Shown here piece after piece: positions 13,275 to 26,200 of a DNA stretch of 64,000 bases. Source of the DNA: Lingula anatina (lineage: Eukaryota; Animalia; Brachiopoda); contig CM120641.1 of assembly GCA_051362555.1 (NCBI GenBank), positions 8,742,001 to 8,806,000 of the forward strand, read 5' to 3'. A program made the position numbers and the translations under genes. Position 1 is the first letter of the stretch, and the number at the start of each line of letters is the position of its first letter. Below the pieces are notes generated by a model. That model saw only the letters and a program-made list of their open reading frames with translations. It was not told where the DNA came from and ran no database searches.

Positions 13275-13605
13275 GACGCTGGTCTCTGGGCATCAGAATC
13301 GTTTTTGAAAAAATTCAATAAAATTTAAAAAAATTATACTTCACTCGGTTCAAACTACCTAGTGAGATCCCGGGGTGGTGGGGCTTTTCCCCCTCATCCC
13401 TCTCGCCCTCTCCCTCCCTCCTCTCCTGTTTCTCTTTGCAAGAACGAATCTCAGAATCGTTTTTGAAAAACGACACTAGTTTCTGGATGCCAGAATCGTT
13501 TTTGAAAAACGGCACTAGTTTCTGGTTGCCAGAATCGTTTTTGAAAAACGAAACTGGAAACTAGAAACTATAGGCCCTATAGGCCTATATAGCTTCAGCG
13601 CTCTA
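12540..13605. mobile_element. Foldback-type non-autonomous DNA transposon with modular TIRs and a GC-rich cargo
   Basis: Terminal TAGAGCGCTGAAG...CTTCAGCGCTCTA. Subterminal ~37-bp units (GTCGTTTTTCAAAAACGATTCTGGCA.CCAGAAACTAGT) are repeated at 12580-12745 and inverted at 13445-13570. An inner inverted block surrounds a poly-A at 13226-13273. Confidence 0.8.
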
Positions 13606-14254
13606 AAGCAAGGACATTTGATTGTATTTTTCTACATTTTTTTAGTCCTGACGATAAAAAGAAAATTCATGAAGTTCAACTGACCTTACTCTACGAGTAA
13701 AGATCAGTGAAAGATCAGTAAATGCTAACAAATTGAAATCCTTACCAATATTTTCATAGAATCTTCAGTATCATTTAAAACATCGATCATTAGGTGCACG
13801 CTGTGTATACATAGGACGTCAGCAGTATGAAGTACCTATTTTCGGCCAAGTAAAAATTTCGCGCCAGTGCATCGTCTGCTTGTAAAGTGTGCCTGTTCTC
13901 GATCATGTTTACAGTATCAGTCTCAGTTTAATTAAGGTCTGTTTTTTATATACATTCTGTACCCGAAAATGTTGTATTTGATAAATTTGGGGTTTCAGTC
14001 AACAGACTGAATGATTTGAATTTGAATGATGCGGTGATAGGTTTTGTACGAGATCGTTTTCATTTTGTTTGCTGTCTAGTCGTATTGAAAAAATCTGTTC
14101 ACGTCTAGTCTACGTCTTTTTATTTTTCTAAGACTAACTGAAGGTGAAAACATCAGTTTAAATCAATGCTTATACTTATCTTTAAAAAGCAGCTTATTTT
14201 CAGAAAAATCCTCGGTGGCACCTCTTCATTATAAACAGAGAAGAAAAATTCTGC

Positions 14255-17200
14255 ATGATGGAAAACTCTTGGTGTTTAAAGATATTTTTCTTCCTTCACT
14301 TGATGTTCTCTGTTGAAGGTAGGTTAAAATCCATTTCAATAACTACAATGTTATGAGTTCCTTGTGCTAGCAAAGAAAATTTAAAACATGCTACTAATAT
14401 TTTATTTTGGCTAAAGAAAATGCATCGTCACATTTTAATTAAGTAAGGGCCGATCTGTGTACTAATATAGAGTTAATATTGACAGATTCAATAAAAAAAG
14501 TAAGTACGTATGGATAAATATTTCTAAATTTGAATAATCCAGAATTTTTTTTTCAAATTTATTTTTGGATAGGTCAGGTCTTTAAACACAGTTTCCAGGT
14601 ATGGATGAGTCCTTGGGGAGCAACAATCAACCCAGTTTCTGGTGCTTCTCAGTCCACAGGGAACCAGCATATAATGTCTCTTGAAAACTTGTTAGAATTA
14701 CCCGGTACAGAGCATTATTGCTATTTTAAAATAAATCATGATATTTTTCATAAAATTTACAGAGAAACAGTTGAGAACATATATATTTTGATGTCAAGAC
14801 GATATTGGATGAAAAAATCTTAAAATTTGTAAAGGGTTGGAATTGTTCTCTTTTTACTTTTCTGTAGGGCATTAAGTGTTTTGAAACAACCGACTGTACA
14901 ATGTTGGTATGTAAAAGTTAATTTACAAAATTAAATGTATATTTTTAAGATGCATGTCAGTTTGCCACACTGACTCCTAACACAGGGGCTTTGTCAAGTA
15001 CGAGTTCCATCCAAAAGCTGAGAGATTCAAAGGGACGTACATTGGGCAGGTGGTTATCATAAAGTTTAATTACTGACTTGGGGAAAATGTTGATCTCTTG
15101 AGGTACAGAAGTATGATTAGGAAATGTGCCTTTATTTGCTTTGGTTATTTTTTGATGAATGATTTAGACTATTAAATGGATATGACGATAATACATTGAG
15201 TCAATGTTCAACTTATTAATATATTGTTACCTAGAAAGTATAAAAAGATGCTCCTATAAATGGAAAATAATTTTGTAAGTTTACAATGCCAAGTTAACCT
15301 TTTCACCTATCTGTTTGGCATTCTTGCTTTGATTATAACTTAAGCTATTCAACATTTTATCTTCAGCATAAAGCCAGTGGTAATAAAAAATCTGTAAGTA
15401 TTTGGGTGCTTTCCCAGAGATTTAGATCGATCTAAAGATTAAGATTTAGATTGACCTAACTCCCTGGGGGTTCACGCTAAATTGCAGTCAGCCGAGCAGG
15501 CACCATAGTTAATCACCCCCTTACAGCTTTAAGTAGGCGGGACAGACGCTTAAGCCGGTCAAGCTGACAGTAATCTAGTGAGACTCCCCACAGGGATAGA
15601 TCGATCTAAAAATCTATGGAAATGGGGGTGTTTGATAGCAGCTAGATTATCACTTAAAATTACAAAAAAATAACTGTACTTAGATATTCTTCAGACAACA
15701 GTTATAAAACATTTCACCTAATAATTCCAGTTTTTCATTTACTAGCAGTTAAATCTCAATCAAAATGAAATTGTAGAGGTAAACTGTTTAATTTGTAAAG
15801 AATATTGTTAAATTCACTATACCATCAGACATCTGTAAAAGAAGAAAAATGAAAAATGTACTTTTGAGATTTATGCCATTTTTCTGTGAAAATAGGCACA
15901 ATGTATGTTTTTTATGTTTGAGTCTCAGGCCTACCCAACTACCAGACTCAGCACTGAATGATCCTGAATTCACCAGTAGAGCGGACCACACTACCTGTTT
16001 TCAAGGTGTGAGTCGGTAGACGCTTCGAAGTATCAGACGCGACACAGCTCTTGACCTAGTACACAATGTGATAGTGATTATTCTAAGCAGGGTTGGATTA
16101 AAGTAGTGCATCTCATCTCAAAATTTGTTCCAGGGTATGATACTGTGAAATGCAAACTGACGCACACCTTAAAAGTAGTGTGGTCTGATCTACTGGTGAA
16201 TTCGGGATCATTCAGTGCCGGTCTGGTTGTTTGGTAGGCCTGAGTCTCACCCCTTTATGGAAACAGCTGTAAGCATTTTATATCTCAGACATTTATTCTT
16301 TGCATGGGATTGATTTTTTGTAAGAATTTTGACATTTGATTTGAAATATACCTTTTTCCAGGAGAGCACAGTTCATGAAATCACTTCCAATTGCTAAAAA
16401 AGATGTTTTTCAAAGGTATTAATTTATTAATTATTTTATAGTAATTTTATAGACATAAGTGAATATAAAACCAAGTAGGGTATAACATTTTGAAGGACCT
16501 GAAAGAATCTTACTTATAATGGAAATGTGACAAAAAATCAAGTGCCTGAACTGGGAGCCCCCTCCCCCTTTTTTTAATATACACATTTTAATTACCTATT
16601 GATAGAGTAATGGTTTTTGAATACCAGGGGCATTTTGGTACCCGGGGGGTAGTATTAGTCCGAAGGTTCATTGGTTCATTGAATGTTCACTAAAGAACCT
16701 TCAGATCAATGAACCCTTGATTAAAACATAGAAGTAGAGAATGTTACCATTTTCGGACCAATGAACCTTCAGACTCTCAAGAGGCCCCCTTGGTACCATG
16801 GAAATTTGTTTTCCAGTGCTATGGATATGTTCAGGACTGTACCACAGCAAGATCAAGAGAGAATTATTGAAGCATTTTCTCAAGGCACATCTGCAATAGC
16901 AGAAATGGGAAACTTGTTTAGACACATTCCCTCAGCTTGTAAAAGGAGTTTACATGTAAGATACTGAGAGAAGGAACTTTAAGGGATAACAGCTGTTCAT
17001 TTTGGCCAAAAAATTAATTTTTCTGGAGTAAACAACAATTTCCCCATACTTACCAATGATTAATGATTCCATTTCTACATTCAAAATTGGTGTCTGGTTT
17101 TTTTCTTAAAAGTTTGTTTTTTTGTAATAATATCTTAAGAAAAAGAGTAAAGTCATCTATGGAGGTCACATGGTCCAATGGCAAGCAAATATTTCAGAAT

Positions 17201-20200
17201 TATTGCTTTAACTGCCTTTTTTATGGTAAAGTAGAATATATTATATTTCTTTGACCTCTTTACAAAGTTTTTATTGTGAAATATAGGTCTCATATGAAGA
17301 GTTGTCATCCCTTTAAGCATAAACTTATCTGGAATGTTTTAAAAGTCTATTGGATACTCTAAGTCAAAACATCACACAGGTAAAATGTTTGCTTTTATTA
17401 GTTTTGAGCAATTATAAAAATGAAAATTATTCAACTGTTCAATTTTGTTAGCTTCAAGACATTAGTGCTGATCAGGCCATTCACGCTATGGAAGGTAGTA
17501 AAGCAGACCCCAAAGTGTTAGAAAATATTATAAAAGGGGTGAGGGACTCGGAATTGATGACACTAGTAAATGAAATGCAGGATGACTTAGAGGTAAGATA
17601 GTTATTGTTATTTCTAATAATCTTATGATGTTTTTTTATGATTTTATATTGTTTAATTGTTGCTGTAGAACCTGGAATCTCAGATAGCAAGCATACGTTG
17701 GGCCAACGTTGGCCCAACGTTGCCTTGGTTGACCGTGCAACGTTGGCCCAACGTTGGGTTTCCATCTAAGTGCTCACTTTGGCCAACGGTTGGCTGAACG
17801 TCTTTTTAAGGCCAACGCATTGCCAACGTATTCCCAACCAAACTGCGTTGGCCCTACATTGGGCCAACTAATAACCAACATTGGTTCAACAATTACCCAA
17901 CCTGTAACCAACAGTGTATTTACGTTGGTTCTACTAATAACCAACGTCAGTCCAACAATTACCCAACCAAACTGCATTGGCCCTACATTGGGCCAACTAA
18001 TAACCAACATTGGTCTAACAATTTCCCAACCTGTAACCAACAGTGCATTTATGTTGGTTCTACTAAAAATCAACATCAGTCCAACAATAACCCAACAAAT
18101 AATACAAAAAGACAACAAAGAAATTTTTTATAAAATGTTATAATATTGTATTTAAACATTAATAAGTGTGTCTTTTATCAATTGTTACATGATTCACATC
18201 AAGAAAAAATATCAACAGTCCTGACTTTCCACTTATTCCTGGAGTCAAGGCATTTTTCTGCTAGTAAAGTCTTTTTTTGCCTCATTTCAATTTTTAAAAA
18301 TATTTTCATTAAATTAAATTTTAAACCAGAAACCCTCGTTAATGTCAGGTAAGATGCTTTTCATAAGTTACATGTGAAGTCTATAAAATCACAGTCTCTT
18401 CCTTCAGGCAAAATCTCAGACATTGTCTCTTTAAAAATCAAGTCAGTGGTCATATGAGTTCAATCTTTGTGTTTTTTCTCTCTTTCCTGTTCTGCACCTG
18501 TGTGATCTTTGGCAAAGCACAATTAGTTGGATGTATCCTCAATATATTTGTCTAACCAGTCACAGAAGAGTGTGCTGCACCTACAAATTTAAATATTAAA
18601 AACACTTGAAATATAATGCTAGAATTGGTATGGTACATAACATGACTGTACCTCTTCCCCCATCACTGTTTTCATATACAAACTAGTGCTAGTAGGTGTG
18701 TATTATATGATAATGTCCCCACCTTTTCTAAGTTAGGCAACAGCCAATATCTTAACTATAAATGTGTGTGTCTTGTGTGCAGTAATTTATAGTGATTTAT
18801 TTAAATTAGTTCTTACGTGTACACTTGATAATGAATTCAGTTTTTAGACAACTGTAATGTACCACTAAATTCCACATCATTTAATCATTCCAACAACTCT
18901 ATCACATAATTTACTGGCCAGGATTCATAAAGACACATAAGAACAATTGGCTTCCAAGGACTTTTAAGGCTCTAATTCAAATCATTTTCAATGATTTTTA
19001 ACTAATGAGGGCAAGTTATACGTGAATACAGTTATTTTAAAGTGTACATACCAAAGGAAAAAGGACTCATTTCATTTAAACTTTGTCTTTGTAACACATT
19101 GATGATGAAAAGTTGAAAATAAAAGTACAAGTAATGATGTATTAAAACATAAGGTATACCCCCATCTGTGAATCATTGTCTGTATTCATGTCAATAAACT
19201 ACAAAGTTTTAAATAATATTTTTACAAAGACAAAATGCTGAAATGCAAACCTTTTTCAAGCCTAATAGCATTTTCAAGTACTTTTCAAAGTTACATTTAA
19301 ACTAGTCCAAAGTGCTGGACTAAATTTGAACATTTTTCAAGGCTGTATGGATCCTGGTGCATCAGTAAATAATGGGAAAATACACAATTAAAAAGTCACT
19401 TACCAGTACATGCTCACTTCTTATCCTGTCTCTTCATCTCTTCATTTTCTAATTTCCAAAAAGATGTCTTCTTTTTATATCCAGAAATCAATGCTTTCAG
19501 TCGTAATTCTTGCCTCTTCCTTAGAACATTTCTGACCTTCTGGCTTAGATTTTTGAATTGGCTCAACTGACCGCGCGCGCTTAAGACTGTGCTATGTATA
19601 GTTATTTGACCTGTTTGAGCAGGCAGTAGGCAAACTGTTTATATCAAACTGACAGTTAAGATAAACACCTGGCTTGTAATGAATCTGGTCCAGTGAAAGT
19701 TACCGGTTTACTTTAATCAAAAGTCAATTGATGCTAACTATAAAGTTTAAAATTAATATATTGTACAATTGTACATTATAATAAGATTTCAATCATTTGT
19801 CTGATTTCAATAACAATAATAATAATGATAGCAATAATAAAAAATATGTTTCACAGCATTATTTAAATTAAAAATATAAATCTGTTCACTCAGTTATTTT
19901 TTTATAGGTGAAGTCTATGTACTACATATGAGAGTATATAGCTTGGAAGACAAATAAAAGCAGAAAACTGTTTTTTAACCCAAGGAATTTGACAAACTCT
20001 TCATAAAAAAAAAAAAAATTAATCCTAAAAACTATATGTTACTGATCAATAGATAAGCACATGTGATTCTCAGTTGTGAACAGAAACATTTTTTATTATA
20101 ACAGAAACATTATTCATTTCTATTGAGTTGTTTTAACAACTCAATAGAAATGAATAATGTTTCTGTTATAATTAAAATGTTTCTGTATTAATTAAAATTG

Positions 20201-23200
20201 GATACGTTGGCCCAACGTTAGGCCAACGTATGCAATAAATATACACACGTTGGCCCAACGTTGGGCCAACGTGAGCATACTGCAGTTATGTTGTGCATAT
20301 TATGATGTGGTTGGGCCAACGTATTACTACCAACGCCAACTATGTGCCAACAAACCAACGATTCCCCTACGTTGGCCCAACGTATGCTTGCTATCTGGGT
20401 ATAGCTACCTCCTTCCTTGAATGGAAAAATGATCATTTAGTGCATTACATTATAATTATAATTATAATGTAATGCACTAAATGATCATTTTTCCATTCAA
20501 GGAAGGAGGTAGCAAACTCGGGGTTTACAGATCCACATTTTTATAAGCTAAAAGTATGCTAGTTTTAGCCATTGGGAATATGTTAATCTGGGGCACTGAC
20601 ACTTACATATCATATATATAGTTAATTCATTTTGAAGATTCGTCATAATCAACGTGTTCATCTTTTTTTAGAAATTAATATGTTATGGAGATGGGTCAAT
20701 AACCCAAAGATCTTATCAGACACCACTGTAGCACCATAAAGGACAGATATACTTGCTTAACAGTTGGACAATATTTCTACATTCCTGATCATTCTGTCAA
20801 TGTCATTACAGTCACTGCATGTTTTACTGCATGTTTTAAAAGGGTACATGCACAAGACGAGACAAATATGAATTGTTGAACAGAAGTTCAACAAGCTTTT
20901 TGACTCTGTTAAAAATGGACTCAATAGAAACAATCAGTTTTTTTATCAGATATAAATCTGTTTTATTATTACATAACCTGTGTGTCCTAATGCATATTGT
21001 GTTAATTTTTTTTTACTTGTGTTTAATTTTTTCCTTGTATTTAGCATCTCCCAAAGGCAGATTTAAGCATAATTGCAGTGACCACAGTAAAGAAACTGGG
21101 ACCACAGCAAATGACAGCATCAGATGTTGACATGATGGGTAAAGACCTTATTTTGAATATGCCACCAGGATATATGCGGCAGTTTTCAAGGGAGGCAATT
21201 GATAGAATGTAAGACGAGTTCATTGCACACTGTCAAAACAGCAAGATTACATTTTAAGAATACTTATCACTTCAGATAACTTTATTATGGTGGTAAGGTA
21301 ACACTTATAGTGATAGAGCCTATGTCCTGGAGAAGATATGTGATATCTGCTCAGTCTGGTATTCCAGCACATTGTCAGCTTAAGGATGGACTTGGCAATT
21401 AGTATACAATGTTGATTTTTTCCACAGTGGTTACTTTCCTTGTTTGACTTTTCTTATTTCATGTGCAGAATCTCCCATGTTAGCCAAGGATTCACTGAAG
21501 GGCACTTGAGATATTCAATGGCATCCCCAAGATGGTGGGAAACTGTAGCAGAAAGAGTATACAGATTGTATCCGCAAGTGCAAGATGATGCAACATTTGA
21601 CAAAGTCAGAATGTTGCTGCCTCTGATGCCATTTAGAGCTTGTGAGAGTGTCCCAACTGATTTGGTTAGATATTTGAAGATTTTTTAAAAACATGACATC
21701 GCATTAAGTTTATAATTCAACATAAAGAAGAAAAATGATTACCATCATGTATTATAAGAGCATTGAGAAATGTTAATCTAGAAAAACTGTGAATATAACA
21801 GAAAATAATTTTGATCTCACCTTACATACAAAGTTATTGTTAAAAAGGCACCTATCATATGGCATCAATAGCCAGTGGATTCATTTATCCCAAATCTTTG
21901 TGGGTGGGAATATATACTTTATCACCTATTAAGCGGATTTTTAATTGTCTACAATAAAGCTTCTGCAGAAAGTCAGGGTCACTAAAGTGTGTTTTATTCA
22001 AGCGTTTTTCCCCTAAGTCTATAGATTATAATAATTTTGTTGGCTCAATAATTTTTTATAAATATTTCTGTTTAGGTACAAAACATTACTGCTGACTATT
22101 TCATTAATGTAAGCTCCACAGTTTGCCTAGATGATAGTGGGACCCTTGGAAATTCAGCGCAGTGTGGAAGATGGACAAGGTTAAGTCGTAGAACATACAA
22201 GTGTCTACAACACTTGTTAGACCAAAAGAATAGAGGAGACATATTTAGAGATCCAGATTTAAGGTACAAGATGTTGTCTTTTGTCTTTCATAACAAAATT
22301 CTCAGAATCTTATGTTCATTAAAGATTTGCAGAGATTTTTCAATAACAGAATTTGCTGATTTATGTTAAATTTTATGAAATATCTAATAATGTCTCAGTC
22401 ATTTGTGTAACATACACGTGATTAGTCATACTTCATTCAGACAGATATCTGCATGTAAGGTGAAAGCTGAAATGTAATAAAGCTGATCTCATTATGTATA
22501 CATTTTCTACAAATTTATCCAGAATTACCGTAATGTGTAATTTTTAATAGGATAATTGCTTCAAGATTCCTGCCACAAGATCAAATGTTTAATTTTGATG
22601 AGATATCATGCCAGGATATAGAAAATGTGGCTTTGCCCAAATTGTCACCAAGAGTAAGTCCGAAAATATTTTACTTTAGACACTTTAGACACTTCGTAGT
22701 TTAATTACTTGGAAATTGTGCTCCTCAAGCTTTTGAAAATTATAATATTTGCATTTTGCCCTAATTAATTAATATACTAATCAATTAAGTGGGCTTGAAT
22801 GTGGATTTATTATTATGAAGAGAGTTATTTTCAAAAATATTTTAAAGTGATTAACCTTGGATCAGTTATTCAAAAATTAACATGAAAGAATTTGATAGAA
22901 GGTGTACCTGTATGTGAGTCCACTTTTACTCTTCTTGTGTGTCATCCAGATTGCTTCCAAAATCCGTGGAACTTGTGGGGGGGAAACTCCAACAACATGG
23001 ACAGTGCAAGATGTAAGGAATATTGGATCTACAGTGGCCACAATACCTGTAAGTGATCTGAAGCGCATGGGCAAAACCGTTGCTTGCAGTCCTGAAGTAA
23101 AAGAACACTTGGCCAGCATGGAAAAATATCAGGTACACCTGCAACTGGAATTGAAAAATAAAAACTGTACATTTTCAAGAAGCATTATGTGATGGTTACA

Positions 23201-26200
23201 CTGTGCCTTGTAAAATGTAAAAGCAGTGTGGTTTTAGAGAATGTGCGTGTTATGTTTATATCTGTTTGCTGTTTTACATACATATATATATCACTTATCA
23301 GTTTTCTTTTATAAACAGAGAAAATACATTATGAAGACCTGTTTTTCACCTGAAGATTTTGGAGATGCTCTTTCTCACGCCAATGAGAGCCTAATACTTG
23401 CAGCATCGGAGGCCAGCTTTGAAAGTTGGAAGCATGTCACCAAAGACAAGATTCGCCAAAATCCTTCTTTAGTCAGAGAACTGCCAAATATTGCCAAAAC
23501 ATTGGTCAAGAAAAAGGGAGTGGGAAGAGCTGTTTTACGAGCTCTTGCAGATCAGGTGTTATCTTCTATCTTGATTGTAGTAGTATTTCTGTGGTATTGA
23601 AAATGTTCTATGACATTCCCTGAATTTCTGCATGTTACTTGAAAACCACCCTTGTTTTAAATGACATTTCACTTTATTTATCTGAACACAAAAACTACAT
23701 ACATGCTGACAGGAAACAGTATTTTTTCAATTCCATGACTTTTTATTTTGTCCTTTTTAATTTAGATGAAAGATAACTTGACACTCTCAGGGTCTATCAG
23801 GGAGGTTATGGAAACGTTAAGCAGTAAAGAAGTGTGTAATTCTATTACATCTGTAGAAAATGAACTCGGGCAGTCTTCAGAACTCCAACTTACAGATGCT
23901 CAGGTTAGAGGTTGTTTTGAGCATGGGATTATATGTAGATAAACTTCCATGTTTTGAGTTAGGTTTTTCAAATGTTGCAAGATAATGTTTAGCTTGAAGT
24001 AATATGGAGTACTATTTCTTATTACGTTCCTCACCTGCATGGCTATCTGATGCTTTTATTCACATCATTTTGTAATTGGTGTTATTCATTTTAAATGTTT
24101 TGAAATTAGAATAAATTATTGGTACTGTAAGATGAAAAATGAAAGTCATTTATGTTATATACTCTCATGGTGATATCATGGTAAAATTTATTATCATGGT
24201 GAATAACCTGAATGGCTACGTAGTGTTATATGCCTTTTTTTCTAGCAAAAATGCCTGGCAAAGAAAATAAAAGAGACCACTTCATTTTCTGACATGTCTG
24301 TTGAGAAATTAAGGTAGGTTTTTTTGGCATGTTTGTTTGCTTGATTATTGATTAATAAATAGTTAAACAAGTTGTAAGCTTATGGAACGCAAAGTAAGTC
24401 AATTACAATTCCATTTATGGCGAGGCTCTATATTCTACATATATGTATGTATATTGATAATTATTTACAACACAGTTTTGTACACAGCTAGTGCATTGCA
24501 TACTGATCTGGTACATATAGTTGTATATACTAGTGTGTAACACTGTTAAAAGAAAACATTGGCTTGAAAAATAACTTCTTTTTCCTGTTGTAGGTCTTTC
24601 AGTGGAATTTTAAAAGGCATGCCATCCACAATGGTGAAAGAATTGAATGTGTCAAACAGAATGGCTAATGCATTTGCATTTTGTGAGCAGTCACATGTAC
24701 CCCTCAAAACTGTTAGTACCCATATTTGTTTGATAAGATGTTATTCTATATTTATCCACAAAACATTAAACATATTTTTTAAAATAGTGTTAACTTGTAT
24801 GCCCCACACCTAGGCATGCACTTATAAAGTCTCTGTTTGATGGCCATAGAGATGTTAAGATAGTGCAACATGCTAACAGGGTGTTTTCTTCATGGGAGCT
24901 TAGCTGAAACAATTTAAATGAGCCATGAAGTTCCATTATGGTAGTATCCTTGAAGGGCTTCAGCATGTTTTAAACATGGATTTGGTATCAGGGGAATTGT
25001 TTATTTGATGTCATGCAAAATTACAAGTGTTCGTTGTGCTGGTATACTTGCTTAGAATCAGTACTGATTGAATCAGAGAACATTGATGACAAAAAGCTAG
25101 AACAAACATTTTCTGAAGTCATTGGCTCTCTGTATATATAAGAAACCAAGTGTAAAACTTTTTATTTCAGTTTGTACATTGGTATTTTTCTTACAAGTGT
25201 ATTTTTGTTACAGCTTAAAGCTATTAAAGAAGAACTGTTGGTCACTGGATTAAAGGAACTAAATGATTCTGACTACATGTCACAGCTTACTTTCGCAGAT
25301 GCCTTGGGACTTGGAAAAGAATGTGTGCTATATTTTAAGTAAGTTACCGATGTGTAACTGAGATGGGAGACTATCTGACTAGCCAACTTCATTTGGAAGC
25401 TCAAGCCAGAATAAATAAGGTCCTGTGACCACCAAATAAAACACTGTCTTAGCTAGAGTGCAATATTGCATCAAATTGAACTGTGCATAGGATTTGGAAG
25501 CTTAATCCACGGTCCACCTCATGTTCATTCAACATTTTCTGTATATTTAAGAGTTTACCAAGAGCTGTAAGAATAGACATTACTTTTTAATAATGAATGT
25601 TAAGAATGAAAATATAAGCATAAATTTTAAAATTTAGGACTTAAAGAAGGACTTATTGAAAAGATCAAGTCATTATTAATTATTGCATTTCACAGCGTAT
25701 TTTACTTCAGACGTCACTGTAAAACACTTAAACCAATACATTAAAATTAAAATCTGTTTGCCTCAATTTGATTTATTTTTATTCTTTAGAGTAGTATTTA
25801 CTCATGTAGCATTTATTTGATACCCTCTGAAGTCGGATGCTTCTAAAATAATATACAAAATTAATGTATCAATGATTTTGTAACAGACTACTAGCACACC
25901 CTTTGGTTAGAGAGTATTATTTGATACATTCTAAATATTATTATTTCAGTTCATCTGAAATTCAAGCAGCTAGTGGTGAAACTTGTCAGGAAATATGCAG
26001 GAAAATGGGAAATTTAGATCAAGTGAAAACGATTCTTCCACTAAAAAGAAGAGAACTAAAAGATGCTTGTCTAAAGTGCATTGTAAGTTGCACAGTTAAT
26101 GAAATAACTTATTTGATATTTTAACCCAGTCTTTAAGAATAACGAGAAAAAATTAATTGGAAAATATGCTAAGCTGTGTAGGTTTCCTTGTTACAAAAAT

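Noticed and set aside
17754-18143. 129-aa and 114-aa ORFs with internal repeats
   Set aside because: They come from subterminal tandem repeats of the EnSpm-like element.
20672-20760. Possible extra exon of the otoancorin-like gene
   Set aside because: All three frames hit stops, and the flanking exons (17592 to 21045) already join in phase.
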